This document shows positions 48,623-59,619 of a stretch of DNA of 64,000 nucleotides, in pieces (position 1 is the first letter of the stretch; each line of letters begins with the position of its first letter). The stretch lies in assembly GCA_022827055.1 (NCBI GenBank), contig JAJDTR010000083.1, positions 113 through 64,112 on the forward strand. The letters run 5' to 3'. Both the position numbers and the translations under genes were made by a program. The DNA comes from Candidatus Poribacteria bacterium. GTDB taxonomy: Bacteria; Poribacteria; WGA-4E; JAJDTR01. Below the pieces are notes generated by a model that saw only the letters and a list, made by a program, of their open reading frames with translations, was not told where the DNA came from and ran no database searches.

Positions 48623-49489
48623 CTAACCCTCCAAAGCCGCTGCACCGCTGACAATCTCGGAGATCTCCGTCGTAATCTGGGTTTGTCGCGCCCGATTGCG
48701 CTGCAAAATCAACTCGTCAATCAGATCCGTGGCGTTTCGTGTCGCGTTTTCCATGGCTGCCATCCGCGCCGCCTGCTCCGCGGCGTTGGAATCCAGCAAC
48801 ACTTTCCACATCTGCATGTTCAGGTGTTTCGCCAACACGGACTGGAAAATCTCCTCTTGCCCCGGCTCATACAGATAGTCGAGAAAGAGTTCGTCACCTG
48901 TTGGGGCTTCGGGAGTAAGCGGCAATAACTGCTCGACAAGAACCGTCTGCAGTATCGCGGACTTGAAGTTGTTGTAAATCACCTCTACCTTGTCAATCTG
49001 CAATTCGGTGTAAAGATGCTCAAATTCATGAACAATATCCACCGCCGATTCAAACTTGAGATCTCGAAATATGTTGACGTATTCGGCAATGACGTCATAC
49101 TCTCGCCGCACAAAATAATCTCGGGTGCGTCTGCCCACGCAGATGATTTTCACGGCGGCACCGCCATCTTGATAATGCTGTGCTCTCTCCGTCGTGGTAC
49201 GAATTACATTACTATTGAAACTTCCGCACAATCCTCGATCGGCACTGATAGAAATGAGACAAACGTTTTTTAATTCTCGATTTTCCAGCAACGGATGGGT
49301 CGGATTTTCAATCTGTGCAATCAAGTGGCTTAAAATCGCGTTAAACTTCTCGGCGAACGGTCGAGTCGCCAAGATGTTCTCTTGGGCGCGACGTAACCTC
49401 GCCGCTGCAACCACCCGCATCGCTTCTGTTACCTGTTTGATGTTCTCGACACTTGCGATACGCCGTCTAATTTCCCGTAATGTTGCCAT
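48623..49489 (-). CDS. atpG: ATP synthase F1 gamma
   Basis: ADRGLCGSFN, ARMAAMENAT, RARQTQITTEISEIVSGA. Confidence 0.97.
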   Translation of the reverse strand: MATLREIRRRIASVENIKQVTEAMRVVAAARLRRAQENILATRPFAEKFNAILSHLIAQIENPTHPLLENRELKNVCLISISADRGLCGSFNSNVIRTTTERAQHYQDGGAAVKIICVGRRTRDYFVRREYDVIAEYVNIFRDLKFESAVDIVHEFEHLYTELQIDKVEVIYNNFKSAILQTVLVEQLLPLTPEAPTGDELFLDYLYEPGQEEIFQSVLAKHLNMQMWKVLLDSNAAEQAARMAAMENATRNATDLIDELILQRNRARQTQITTEISEIVSGAAALEG

Positions 49490-49499
49490 TGTTAACCCT

Positions 49500-49524
49500 T
49501 AATACGTAATGCGTACTGCGTAAT
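49500..49524 (+). repeat. Heptamer array (TAATGCG-like on +)
   Basis: TAATACG TAATGCG TACTGCG TAAT. Confidence 0.6.
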
Positions 49525-49541
49525 ATAAAAGCAAATGAGTG

Positions 49542-49993
49542 TTATTCAAAATCTCCACCATCTGCATTGTAAGTTTCGTTTTCTTCTTTTAACGTTGCTT
49601 TTCGTTGATTTGGAACCATCACTAGCAACAGTCGGATGATCTCCGTTATTAAGTTCAGACGGTGTGATGTCACAGATTCACTTAAGACATGACGTCCCTT
49701 GTAGTACCAGTCGCGACCTTCTCTAGCAGAGCCAAGCGCGTATTCATAGAAACGAGCGCGGTCTTTATGGCTACTCCTGCTGTATCCTTCGGCGATGTTG
49801 GCGCTGATGGAACCAATCGCGCTCTGTAAAGTTGATCTGATAAAGACACGGTGCGTCGGTCTTGAACCAACTTGGTCGTATCATGCCATCCAAGGTGCGC
49901 CGCGAACAGAGCCAATCGATAGACTTTCATTTTCCAAAGTACATCGCCTTTTATTGTCTCAGGTACTTCCCGTTCCCAATCCTCGTAATTCAT
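49542..49993 (-). pseudogene. Four-helix-bundle protein (23S IVP/Avd-like) frameshifted by an extra CG
   Basis: DQLYRA continues in another frame as IGSISANIAEGYSR...RFYEYALGSARE; extra dinucleotide in CGCGC at about 49818-49822. Confidence 0.8.
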
Positions 49994-50049
49994 GTAGTTT
50001 CTAATACATTAAAAGAACGAGCGAGTGTTCTCCTATGACTACACGGTGC

Positions 50050-50092
50050 GTACCACGTATTACGAATTACGTATCACGCATTACGCATCACG
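50050..50092 (+). repeat. Heptamer array (TTACGCA-like on +) overlapping the atpA stop
   Basis: CCACGTA TTACGAA TTACGTA TCACGCA TTACGCA TCACG. Confidence 0.65.
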
Positions 50093-51607
50093 TTTGAAGT
50101 TTTCCTTGAAACTTTTTACGGCCTCATGAAGACCATCAATGAGTTCATCGCTCAAAACGCCGGTTTCAGCGATTTCCTTGAGGAGTTCCGCATGATTCCT
50201 ATCCATGTAGGTAAGGAATTCGGTCTCAAATCTCGACACATCCGCCACTTCGATATCGTCAAGATATCCCGTTGATCCGCAGAAGATTGAGACTATCTGT
50301 TTTTCCACCGGCATCGGTTCATACTGCGGCTGCTTAAGCAACTCTACCAGTCGCTCGCCACGGCGGAGCTGGGATTGTGTGGATGCGTCAAGATCGGAAC
50401 CGAACTGCGCGAATGCGGCAACTTCACGGAAACTGGCTAGATCCAGCTTGAGCGTACCCGCCACCTCATCGGCTTTCATAGCCTTCGTCTGCGCATCCCC
50501 ACCGACACGGGATACCGATGTTCCGACATCGATTGCCGGACGCACACCTTGATTGAACAGTTCAGAAGTTAGATAAATCTGCCCATCCGTGATTGAGATT
50601 ACATTGGTAGGAATGTAAGTGGTCAGATCGCCCTCGAAAATCTCGATGATAGGCAGCGAAGTCAGCGAACCGGCACCCAACTCATCACTGAGTTTCGCCG
50701 AGCGCTCCAGTAATCTTGAATGGAGATAGAAGACATCGCCGGGATAGGCTTCTCGTCCGGGCGGTCGCCGCGAGAGTAGGGACATTTGCCGATACGCCCA
50801 CGCGTGTTTGGTGAGATCATCGTAAATGATCAGTGCATGCTGCCCCCTGTCGCGGAAGAATTCTCCCATGGACGTGCCGGTATACGGCGCAAGATATTGG
50901 AGTGGTGACGGCTCACTGGCAGGCGCCGAGACAACAATGGTGTAGTCCATCGCGCCGTGCTGCTCGAGCGTGGTCACAACCTGTGCAACCGTCGATCCCT
51001 TCTGACCGATTGCCACGTAGATGCAGAACACGTCGGTGTTTTTCTGGTTGATGATTGTGTCAATTGGAATGGCGGTCTTGCCCGTTTGCCGGTCGCCGAT
51101 GATCAATTCACGCTGCCCTCGCCCGATAGCCGTCATGCTGTCGATTGCTTTCAAACCGGTATACAGCGGCTCGCTAACAGGCTGGCGCTGCACGATGCCC
51201 AAACCTTTTCGTTCCACGGGTAGTGTCTGGCTGGTACCGAGTTCCCCTTTGCCGTCGATAGGTTGCCCCAGCGCATTGACAACCCGTCCAAGCAACTCCT
51301 CACCGACCGGCACCTCAAGCAATCGATTGGTCCGTTTGGCGAGGTCACCCTCGTGAATCAACTTATCTTCACCGAAAAGCACACAACCGACGTTGTCTTC
51401 CTCTAGGTTGAACGCCATTCCGAACACATCGTTCGGAAATTCAATCATCTCGCTCGCCATAACATTGGCAAGCCCGTGCACGCGAGCGATTCCGTCACCA
51501 ACATCCAAGACGGTACCGGAATCGTAAACGTCGACTTGCTGATTAAATTGCAGCAACTGTTGCTTCAGTATATTAGAAACTTCATCGGGTCTAACTTCCC
51601 TTGCCAT
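50081..51607 (-). CDS. atpA: ATP synthase F1 alpha
   Basis: [43 protein letters not shown]. Confidence 0.97.
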   Translation of the reverse strand: MAREVRPDEVSNILKQQLLQFNQQVDVYDSGTVLDVGDGIARVHGLANVMASEMIEFPNDVFGMAFNLEEDNVGCVLFGEDKLIHEGDLAKRTNRLLEVPVGEELLGRVVNALGQPIDGKGELGTSQTLPVERKGLGIVQRQPVSEPLYTGLKAIDSMTAIGRGQRELIIGDRQTGKTAIPIDTIINQKNTDVFCIYVAIGQKGSTVAQVVTTLEQHGAMDYTIVVSAPASEPSPLQYLAPYTGTSMGEFFRDRGQHALIIYDDLTKHAWAYRQMSLLSRRPPGREAYPGDVFYLHSRLLERSAKLSDELGAGSLTSLPIIEIFEGDLTTYIPTNVISITDGQIYLTSELFNQGVRPAIDVGTSVSRVGGDAQTKAMKADEVAGTLKLDLASFREVAAFAQFGSDLDASTQSQLRRGERLVELLKQPQYEPMPVEKQIVSIFCGSTGYLDDIEVADVSRFETEFLTYMDRNHAELLKEIAETGVLSDELIDGLHEAVKSFKENFKRDA

Positions 51608-51657
51608 GAGCTATTTTCTCCCCTCATTCGACAGCAAACTTGCTTCTGCTTGCCGGT

Positions 51658-52197
51658 CTATCCTCTTGCAAGCAGCGATCTCAGCCGCTGTAACTGTGTC
51701 GTGACGCTTCCATCAAATACCGTGTCGCCTAGCCGCACGACAATTCCGCCTTTGATCTCACTATCTTCGCTCAAATCAAGTCTCACTTCGGCACCGGAAT
51801 AATCGCTGAGGTGTTGTACAAGACTAGCTTGTTGCGCGTCGCTGAGCGGAGCCGCAGACGTCACCTGCGCAACCAGACGTCCCGCTTTAAAATCGACGAG
51901 TTCTAAAAATGCCTGTAGGATTGCCACGAGGAACCTCTCTCGCTGTTTCGATGCCAGAAGTAACAGAAAGTTCAAGGTGAGCGGATGGATGGTTTCCGAC
52001 AGGAGCTGTTGAAACATCTCGCTCTTGAACTGCGGCGACAGAATCGGATTGGTCAGGAACCCTTCAAAATCTTCCGATTCTTGCGCTAGGCTCAGGATTT
52101 GGTTGGCATCCTCCACGATACGTTCCAAAGCATCCTGCTCCGCCGCCGCATCGTACAACGCCTGCGCGTATGGTTTGGCAATCCGAACATCTCTCAT
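51658..52197 (-). CDS. atpH: ATP synthase F1 delta
   Basis: IAKPYAQAL, VTSAAPL, IKGGIVVRLGDTVFDGS. Confidence 0.93.
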   Translation of the reverse strand: MRDVRIAKPYAQALYDAAAEQDALERIVEDANQILSLAQESEDFEGFLTNPILSPQFKSEMFQQLLSETIHPLTLNFLLLLASKQRERFLVAILQAFLELVDFKAGRLVAQVTSAAPLSDAQQASLVQHLSDYSGAEVRLDLSEDSEIKGGIVVRLGDTVFDGSVTTQLQRLRSLLARG

Positions 52198-52337
52198 CGG
52201 CTATATGCTCCGATATACAGTGACATATGATGACATTCTGCCGTAAGGTAGTCTTTCATACAAACTGGTGATGTCGAGCATCTTCCTTACGGCTTTTCTC
52301 GAGTGTGTATTAACTTCCGTGCGAATATTCTAAAGCA

Positions 52338-52949
52338 TCAAGCGCTATGTGAAGGTAGGCGGCGAATTGATTCATCAATAATGTGCTGATGTCTCTCGGC
52401 ATCAAGCGTTTGATCTATTATTTTGCTAGCCGCATCAATCGCAACCTCCGCGACAGTGCCACGCAGTTCGAGAATGGCTTCATCTTTTTCGCGCTGAATC
52501 TCCGCTCGTGCTCTATCAAGTTCGGCAGAGGCTTCTTGACGCGCCTGATCGAGAATACGTTGTCTCTCGGCATTTCCTTCATTGATGGCGGTCTGAATCT
52601 TGGCTTGTCCCTCCGCTTCAATCTCATTCAGCCGTTGACGAGTTTCGGCGTTCAACCGATCCAGCTCCTGTTGGTCTGTCTCCAACTTTTCCATGCGCGA
52701 GTTTATCTCGTTTTGTCGTTCATCCAACAGTCCGCCGACGCGGCTAAAGACGAATTTCCAGAGTACCAACAGAACGACGAGAAAACCCAGCACTTGAAGG
52801 ATGACTGTCTTGGGATCGAGCCCGATAGCACCCAATAGCCCGCCGCCTCCGGGGTCGCCGCCGGCAGCAAACGAATACGGGACCGCTATCAATGTGTTAA
52901 TACAGATGAGTAGAGCTAAATTTCCAAATCTTTTCATGATGACTCGCAA
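52338..52949 (-). CDS. atpF: ATP synthase F0 b subunit
   Basis: TM helix then LDERQNEI coiled coil; position between atpE and atpH. Confidence 0.9.
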   Translation of the reverse strand: MRVIMKRFGNLALLICINTLIAVPYSFAAGGDPGGGGLLGAIGLDPKTVILQVLGFLVVLLVLWKFVFSRVGGLLDERQNEINSRMEKLETDQQELDRLNAETRQRLNEIEAEGQAKIQTAINEGNAERQRILDQARQEASAELDRARAEIQREKDEAILELRGTVAEVAIDAASKIIDQTLDAERHQHIIDESIRRLPSHSA

Positions 52950-53018
52950 TGTTGTTTACGCTGAAACATAGCGCGCGACCACAATGATCGCGCAGTACGT
53001 TTCATGCTTAATTCGTTT

Positions 53019-53336
53019 CTAATGGTCGTGACTTTCTTCGCTCGGTGCTGCTTGCATAATCTTCTCGAGCGGGCTAACCTTTTCGCCTTCAGCCGGCGTA
53101 ACGTCCGGGAGTTTTCCCATTAACAGGAAAAAGATAAGCAGCGAATAGATGACAAGAGACTCAATAAGAGCCAAACCGATAATCATCGCTACCTGTATCC
53201 TGGGCGCAGCCTCGGGCTGGCGTGCAATGCCTTCAAGAGCGGTGCTCGTCGCCTTTCCCTGAGCGGTCGATGCCGCGATCACCGCAATCGGCAAACCGAG
53301 CGCCACACCGAAAGCCAAAACTGCAAGATAAATCAT
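53019..53336 (-). CDS. atpE: ATP synthase F0 c subunit
   Basis: IARQPEA loop, LALIESLVIY. Confidence 0.95.
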   Translation of the reverse strand: MIYLAVLAFGVALGLPIAVIAASTAQGKATSTALEGIARQPEAAPRIQVAMIIGLALIESLVIYSLLIFFLLMGKLPDVTPAEGEKVSPLEKIMQAAPSEESHDH

Positions 53337-53422
53337 CGAATATCCTCCTTTGATAAGTGTACTTTAACCGAGATTGAAACACTGAAGAACAGTGTGAACG
53401 AACGACAATTGCCGCTCATTAT

Positions 53423-54328
53423 TTAGTGATGTGCCTCCGCACCATGCTCTTCGTCATGGTGCTCAAGGAACGTAACGATGTAGATTGATGTCAACATCGA
53501 AAACACAAGTGCTTGCAAAAACCCGCCAAATAGTCCGAAAAACAGCATGGGAACCTGAATTGGCGCCCAAGGTATCATACCGAAAATGAGAGGAACCGCA
53601 AGCCCTAAGATGGTCAAGTTGATTATGACTGATTCCTCGCCGAAAATATTTCCAAAGAGTCGAATAGCTAGCGAACCGGCGCGCGCAATTTCTCCGATAA
53701 TGTGCAATGGAAACATCAACGGCGCAAGCCACCACGGATCACCGACAAAATGCTTCAAATAACCGACGATCCCGTTTTCCTTGATAGCGATGACATGAAC
53801 ACCGATTAACGCGGAAATACCAAGTGCGACCGTCGTGTTCAAATCCGCTGTCGGAGATAGAAAGCCGGGAATTAGACCAATATAGTTTAGGAACAGGATA
53901 AAAATAAAGTAGGATCCGACAAACGGGACATATTTTTTCCCGTGTTCACCCAAAATCCCACCAAAGAAGTTTATCAATCCGCCGACAAACAACTCCAGCA
54001 AAGTCTGTCCTCTACTTTCGGGGAGTCGTTTCATCTTGCGCGTCCCAAAAAAGAAAAGGATGGTGATAACCAACACTACGAAATAGGCATTGAGGATCAG
54101 GTCCGGCTGCTGCCAGCCGAGAGGTTCCGGAATAATATGGTTCGGAATGATTTTGGACAACGGATGCAGCCAAGAATAGTGGGGATGGGCTCCGCCGCCG
54201 CTATGTTCGCCTTCGCCCTGGGTATCGTGTGAGGAATCATGGGCATCCTCTGCCGCAAACCCGAAATCGAAACCAACTCCAAACAGAACGAAAACCGAAA
54301 CAAATAAAAGCAAACAGTGTTTTTTCAT
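53423..54328 (-). CDS. atpB: ATP synthase F0 a subunit
   Basis: SPTADLN, SLAIRLFGNIFG, LQALVFSMLT. Confidence 0.95.
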   Translation of the reverse strand: MKKHCLLLFVSVFVLFGVGFDFGFAAEDAHDSSHDTQGEGEHSGGGAHPHYSWLHPLSKIIPNHIIPEPLGWQQPDLILNAYFVVLVITILFFFGTRKMKRLPESRGQTLLELFVGGLINFFGGILGEHGKKYVPFVGSYFIFILFLNYIGLIPGFLSPTADLNTTVALGISALIGVHVIAIKENGIVGYLKHFVGDPWWLAPLMFPLHIIGEIARAGSLAIRLFGNIFGEESVIINLTILGLAVPLIFGMIPWAPIQVPMLFFGLFGGFLQALVFSMLTSIYIVTFLEHHDEEHGAEAHH

Positions 54329-54338
54329 TGCAATGTCA

Positions 54339-54758
54339 TTACGTATCTTTGGTAGTCTTGTCGCTGAATAGAATGCCCGTCATGAATTTGACAGCTTTAA
54401 GGATAATCACAAGTTGCACCACGCCAATTCCGGCTGCGAGGGAATAGACGTTTAGCCAATCCGTCTTCATCAACAGATAAAACCCTCCAAAAATCACCGT
54501 GTATTTTCCCAATAAAATGAATCCTATCAAACGTTTGGCTCGCGATGGACCACCGGGTTTAACCAAGCGGCGGACGACAAACTCCAACGATAAAATCGCA
54601 CTCAAACTGAGAAAGCCGCCGATCGCGAAACTTAACCCTTCCGGCGCGCCGTAAACCGTCCAGAGAATCACCGTACCGATGACTCCCAAGACTACCGTCA
54701 ATCGGTAGACTTGCCGAAGAAAATTGTCATCTACTTCAAAAGGGGACCGAGAACTCAT
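54339..54758 (-). CDS. atpI: ATP synthase protein I-like (4 TM)
   Basis: Four hydrophobic helices immediately upstream of atpB. Confidence 0.65.
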   Translation of the reverse strand: MSSRSPFEVDDNFLRQVYRLTVVLGVIGTVILWTVYGAPEGLSFAIGGFLSLSAILSLEFVVRRLVKPGGPSRAKRLIGFILLGKYTVIFGGFYLLMKTDWLNVYSLAAGIGVVQLVIILKAVKFMTGILFSDKTTKDT

Positions 54759-54759
54759 C

Positions 54760-55038
54760 TTATGAACCCTCTCCCGAGTCATTTTCTCGGATTCGATTTG
54801 TTCGATCCTGCTCCTCCATCCGCCGATTCCATCGCGACACCGTTCGAAACATCTCCCTGAAACCCGCCGCGGTTCCGACGACAAATCCGATTATTAGGCC
54901 GATCTTTTGATTACCCAACTTCCCGCCAATCCACCAACCCAAGCCGGATCCGATGCCAATTGCAAACACAAGCGTACTTCCAATCATCACGAGACCAAGG
55001 CTGTTCCACTCTTCCGGACTCCGCTTAAACATAGCCAT
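54760..55038 (-). CDS. AtpZ/AtpI family protein
   Basis: Two Gly-rich TM helices, GWWIGGKLG...G-x-x-VGTAAGF; first gene of the atp block. Confidence 0.7.
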   Translation of the reverse strand: MAMFKRSPEEWNSLGLVMIGSTLVFAIGIGSGLGWWIGGKLGNQKIGLIIGFVVGTAAGFREMFRTVSRWNRRMEEQDRTNRIRENDSGEGS

Positions 55039-55085
55039 CGTTAATCCATTTGGCACATTGCAACTCGCGCCCGCGGAAGCCTAGT

Positions 55086-56528
55086 CTAGAAGAACTGCGT
55101 GCTAATTTGAGCCGGAGCCAAGAAATACGAGGGCAAAACTCCAATCAGAACAACGCCGATTGTAACAAGCAACAGCGCAAATACCAGTAAACTTGGGTAG
55201 GCGTGAAAGTCAAGCTCTTCTTCGGGTTCCTTCATATACATCGTAACAACTACGCGAAGGTAATAGAACGCTGAAATTGCCGTGTTAATCGCGGCGACCA
55301 CGACTAACCACGTGTGGCCCGCATCCACGGCAGAGCGAAATACGTAGAATTTCCCGACGAAACCGGCTGTAGGCGGAAATCCTGCCAGAGACAGCAGCAT
55401 GATGGTCATAAATAACGCAAGTAACGGCTTCCGAAACCCGAGACCGGCATAATCGGCAATCCTGAGATTCTCGCCATCTTCGGTTCTCGCGAGAATTACA
55501 GCAGCGAAAGCGCCGATATTCATCACGCAGTAGATAAACAGATAAAGCATGGCGCTGGAAATGCCATCTTTGTTCGCCGCCGCCAACCCGACCAGCACGT
55601 AACCTGCGTGCGCGACGCTTGAGTACGCCAACATTCGTTTGATGTTGCTCTGAGCCGTCGCAATCACGTTGCCGACAGTCATCGTCAACGCAGCCAGAAT
55701 CACAACCACGACAATCCATTCCGGTTGAAGGCTCTCCAGCGCCCCCGTGAAAATCCTGAGAAATGCGGCGAACCCCGCTGCTTTTGGCCCCGCTGATATA
55801 AACGCGGCGATCGGCGTAGGGGCACCTTCGTATACATCCGGCGCCCATTGGTGAAACGGCACAAGAGCAACTTTGAAACCGAACCCGACAATCAGCAAGA
55901 ACATCCCTGCCAACATCAGCGGAGATTTCCCGCCGGCTTCCAATTCAGATGCAATCTCGGGAATGCTCGTTGTCCCCGCGCCGCCGTAAATCAGCGCTAT
56001 ACCGTACAGGAAGAATCCACTGGCAAAAGCACCCAATAACAGGTACTTCATCCCGGCTTCACTCGATACCTGTATGGATCGGAAGTATCCTGCCAACACA
56101 TACAGGGACAACGACATCAACTCCAAACCGAGAAATACGACAATCAACTCATTGCCCGATGCCATCAACATCATCCCCAACGTTGCCAAGAGGATTAACA
56201 CATAATATTCACCTTGCCGTTTATCGTTTCGATCCAAGTAATTGATGGAAATAAGCGTTACCAAGATTGTTGAGACAAGGAAGATGATATTGAAAAACAT
56301 CGAAAAACGATCTACGCGCAACATGCCGTTGAATTCGTTTCCGATAACTCCTGCATGGAGCATTTCTACTGATGCCCATAGCGCGATAGCGCTTCCGACA
56401 ATGGTCACCCAAGCTAGAACTGACTTCCGGATTGACTTGAACAGGTCAAAAACCATCACGATGACAAACGTTAGGACAATGACCAATTCGGGCATTAGCA
56501 TGTGCCAGTTGATGACGGGCACTGTCAT
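55086..56528 (-). CDS. nuoN: NADH-quinone oxidoreductase subunit N
   Basis: EAGMKY, FKVALVPFHQWAPDVYEGAPT, KRMLAYSS, SLAGFPPT. Confidence 0.95.
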   Translation of the reverse strand: MTVPVINWHMLMPELVIVLTFVIVMVFDLFKSIRKSVLAWVTIVGSAIALWASVEMLHAGVIGNEFNGMLRVDRFSMFFNIIFLVSTILVTLISINYLDRNDKRQGEYYVLILLATLGMMLMASGNELIVVFLGLELMSLSLYVLAGYFRSIQVSSEAGMKYLLLGAFASGFFLYGIALIYGGAGTTSIPEIASELEAGGKSPLMLAGMFLLIVGFGFKVALVPFHQWAPDVYEGAPTPIAAFISAGPKAAGFAAFLRIFTGALESLQPEWIVVVVILAALTMTVGNVIATAQSNIKRMLAYSSVAHAGYVLVGLAAANKDGISSAMLYLFIYCVMNIGAFAAVILARTEDGENLRIADYAGLGFRKPLLALFMTIMLLSLAGFPPTAGFVGKFYVFRSAVDAGHTWLVVVAAINTAISAFYYLRVVVTMYMKEPEEELDFHAYPSLLVFALLLVTIGVVLIGVLPSYFLAPAQISTQFF

Positions 56529-56547
56529 TTACTTCCTCCGAACTCAA

Positions 56548-58050
56548 CTAAAAGAACACCAGCGTTATAACGACGAAGAGCGGCAGCAAGATGCCGACTG
56601 ACCAGAGCATAAATCCGAAGAAACTCGGCATCCGAATGCCGCTTGATTCAGCGATACCCCTGACGAGGAAATTGGGGGCATTACCAATGTAGGTGTTGGC
56701 ACCCATGAACACTGCCCCGACAGAGATAGCCGTCAGCAGTCTGACAAATTCGGGATTCGCCGCCGCCCCGATGAGTACCTCGTGTGCCATCGCCTCTGTC
56801 ATGTGGAGTTTCCCGAGTGCGGTATTGAAGAAGGTCAAGTACGTCGGTGCGTTATCAAGGAAGCTTGAGAGCACGCCGGTTATCCAGAAATAGTGCCACG
56901 GCTCATTCACCGCGCGAATCAACCCACTTAATGCCCCCTGTTCACCGGCTTTGAGTATCGCGAGTGCCGGAATAATCGTCATGAAAATTCCGGCGAACAG
57001 CTTGGCGACCTCGGCAATCGGTTCCCACTCAAACTGATTCTCACGCCGCAGTGCACCTGCGAAGGGCGTGAACTTCAGCGAGAGCAATCCCATCGCTACA
57101 ATAACCAGATCACGCAAGATATTCTGCCATGCTACGTGTACGCCGATCACGTTAATCTCGCCCCACTTAAACGTGCCGCTCATCAACACACCTGCAACAA
57201 TCCCCGCAAGGAATATCAGATTAAACAAACCTGCAACGCGAATGGGCTCTTTCTCTCCATCATCCGGCACCACGCCACCCTCTCGTTTGAACATAATGGT
57301 GTCCAGAATGAAGAACAGCACTAGCAACAGCGCACAGATGAATAGCATGTGCGGTAGCAGTGCCGTCGTAGTCCAGAAAAACGGCACGCCGTGCAGAAAA
57401 CCAAGGAACAGGGGCGGATCGCCCAACGGCGTCAGGGAACCGCCGATATTGCTCACTAGGAAGATGAAAAAGATAATCAGGTGCGTCTTGTTTTTTCGAT
57501 AAGCATTGGCGCGAATCAGAGGACGAATGAGTAGCATCGACGCGCCGGTCGTCCCTATCCAAGAGGCGATTGCGGTGCCAATTAGCAGCAGAATGAGGTT
57601 CACTACCGGTGTACCGCGCAGCGTACCGCGCACGACAATACCGCCCGCCACCGTGAACAACCCCCAAAGTAGAATAATAAACGGAATATAATCAATCAGA
57701 TAGATGTGCAGAATGTCGTAAAGCGCACGCCCATGAAAAAATATGAGGTAGGGTATGGCGAAAATCAGCGCCCATGCGAACGATATTTTTCCGTAATTAT
57801 GATGCCAAAAGTGCGGTGCGATGAGTTGCCAAAACGCAATAGATAGCAAAATACCGGCGAACGGGATGATGCTCCACAGGGGAAGATTCGCGCCATCAAC
57901 GCCGTGATGTTCCCCATGAGAGTCATGCGCACCGCCTTCATGCGCTGCATCATGTCCCTTTTCGGCTGAAAGACCATCCGAGGGCATCAGAAGAAAGATT
58001 ACACTTAAAACAAGGAGAAGTGGGACGTAATTGTTGATGTTTTTTTTCAC
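56548..58050 (-). CDS. Putative sodium:proton antiporter (IT superfamily)
   Basis: GTTGASMLLIRP, SNIGGSLTPLGDPPLFLGF, LSSFLDNAPTY, TYIGNAPN. Confidence 0.75.
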   Translation of the reverse strand: MKKNINNYVPLLLVLSVIFLLMPSDGLSAEKGHDAAHEGGAHDSHGEHHGVDGANLPLWSIIPFAGILLSIAFWQLIAPHFWHHNYGKISFAWALIFAIPYLIFFHGRALYDILHIYLIDYIPFIILLWGLFTVAGGIVVRGTLRGTPVVNLILLLIGTAIASWIGTTGASMLLIRPLIRANAYRKNKTHLIIFFIFLVSNIGGSLTPLGDPPLFLGFLHGVPFFWTTTALLPHMLFICALLLVLFFILDTIMFKREGGVVPDDGEKEPIRVAGLFNLIFLAGIVAGVLMSGTFKWGEINVIGVHVAWQNILRDLVIVAMGLLSLKFTPFAGALRRENQFEWEPIAEVAKLFAGIFMTIIPALAILKAGEQGALSGLIRAVNEPWHYFWITGVLSSFLDNAPTYLTFFNTALGKLHMTEAMAHEVLIGAAANPEFVRLLTAISVGAVFMGANTYIGNAPNFLVRGIAESSGIRMPSFFGFMLWSVGILLPLFVVITLVFF

Positions 58051-59589
58051 CTATTCGCGCTCTCCTTTTAACCCTGCATCTACCACTACAGCGTTTTGTG
58101 ATTCGCCAATTGCCGCCATAGCCTTCGTGTGCTGTTTCAAAACGTGATTGACGGATTTTTCTATCCGACTCAGGAACGGCTTGGGATATACACCAATCCA
58201 GACAATAAACAGGAGTATGGGAAGTAGCACAATGATTTCCCGCAGATTCAAATCCTTCAAACTCTGATTTTCCGGTTTATCCAACTTCCCAAACATCACG
58301 CGTTGGAACATCCAGAGCATATAAACTGCGGCTAAAATGACACCGGTTGCGGCAAATACAGCGTATACTTTGGAAAAAGCTCCCGAAATAAAGCTACCGA
58401 GTAGAATCATGAATTCGCCAACAAAGCCATTCAGCCCGGGTAATCCGATTGATGACAATGTAACAATCAGGAATATCGTGGCAAAGATAGGCATGCACTT
58501 CGCCAATCCGCCGAAATCCGCAATCATTCGCGTATGCCGTCGCTCATAAATCATGCCCACAAGAAGGAAAAGTGCGCCTGTGCTCAACCCATGATTGACC
58601 ATCTGAATGATTCCGCCCTGCACCCCCTGACTGTTAAGCGCAAACAGTCCCAGTACCACAAATCCGAGGTGACTAACGCTCGAATATGCCACCAACTTTT
58701 TGAGGTCGGGCTGCACCATGGCAACGAGAGCACCGTAGATTATGCCGACAACCGCAAGCGTGGAGATGAGTGGAGTAAAAGCGACCGTGCCTTCAGGGAA
58801 CAATGGAATGCAGAATCGCAAAATGCCGTATGTTCCCATTTTGAGTAACACGCCCGCAAGAATCACGCTGCCGACCGTCGGCGCCTCGACGTGAGCGTCT
58901 GGTAGCCACGTGTGGAACGGGAACAGTGGCACTTTGATAGCGAATGCGACGAAGAAAGCTAAAAACAGTAGCCGCTGATGCGGCAAAGTCCCTGCTTTGT
59001 CATACAACGTCAAGAGATCGAAACTATTATCGTTCTGAAAGTAAAGATACAAGATTCCAACAAGCATCAACGCGCTGCCCGCCATGGTGTACAGAACAAA
59101 CTTGACCGTCGCGTATATCCGGCGCGTGCCGCCCCAAACTCCAATCAGCAGGTACATCGGAATGAGCATCGATTCCCAGAAGACGAAAAACAGGAAGAGG
59201 TCGAGTGCACAGAAGACACCGAGCATTCCCGTCTCCAACATTAGAAGGGAAATCATGAACCCGCTGGCGCCCTTGTCAATTGATCCCCAAGCTGCCAAGA
59301 CACAAATAGGGGTTAAGAAGGTGGTCAACAGCACCAACCACAACGAGATGCCGTCAATACCCAATTGGTAGCTAATGCCCAGCTCCGGAATCCACGAGTT
59401 CTGTACCTTGAACTGCATGAAGTGCGTTGTTTCGTCGAATCCGGTGTAAAGCGATAGCGAGACGATGAACGTCAGCAACGCAATGGCGAGCGCGATTCCT
59501 TTAATCGCCGATGCGTTTACAATCGTCCTCGTGAGCGCGATAATTATCGCCCCAATAAGTGGTAGAAATATGACTGCGGATAGTAGCAA
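58051..59589 (-). CDS. nuoM: NADH-quinone oxidoreductase subunit M
   Basis: LGIDGIS, FWE, IKVPLFPFHTWLPDAHVEAPT, LLKMGTYG, AYSSVSH. Confidence 0.95.
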   Translation of the reverse strand: MLLSAVIFLPLIGAIIIALTRTIVNASAIKGIALAIALLTFIVSLSLYTGFDETTHFMQFKVQNSWIPELGISYQLGIDGISLWLVLLTTFLTPICVLAAWGSIDKGASGFMISLLMLETGMLGVFCALDLFLFFVFWESMLIPMYLLIGVWGGTRRIYATVKFVLYTMAGSALMLVGILYLYFQNDNSFDLLTLYDKAGTLPHQRLLFLAFFVAFAIKVPLFPFHTWLPDAHVEAPTVGSVILAGVLLKMGTYGILRFCIPLFPEGTVAFTPLISTLAVVGIIYGALVAMVQPDLKKLVAYSSVSHLGFVVLGLFALNSQGVQGGIIQMVNHGLSTGALFLLVGMIYERRHTRMIADFGGLAKCMPIFATIFLIVTLSSIGLPGLNGFVGEFMILLGSFISGAFSKVYAVFAATGVILAAVYMLWMFQRVMFGKLDKPENQSLKDLNLREIIVLLPILLFIVWIGVYPKPFLSRIEKSVNHVLKQHTKAMAAIGESQNAVVVDAGLKGERE

Positions 59590-59619
59590 ACCTAACCTCC
59601 GAAGAGCTACCCAACCAAC

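Noticed and set aside
52240-52293. GCCGTAAGG...CCTTACGGC stem between atpF and atpH as an ncRNA
   Set aside because: A single 9-bp stem with no other support; it may be an mRNA stability hairpin
53019-53336. Na+-coupled ATP synthase
   Set aside because: The c subunit has Q...ES..Y but Leu in place of the Thr of the full Q...EST..Y Na+ motif, so ion specificity cannot be claimed
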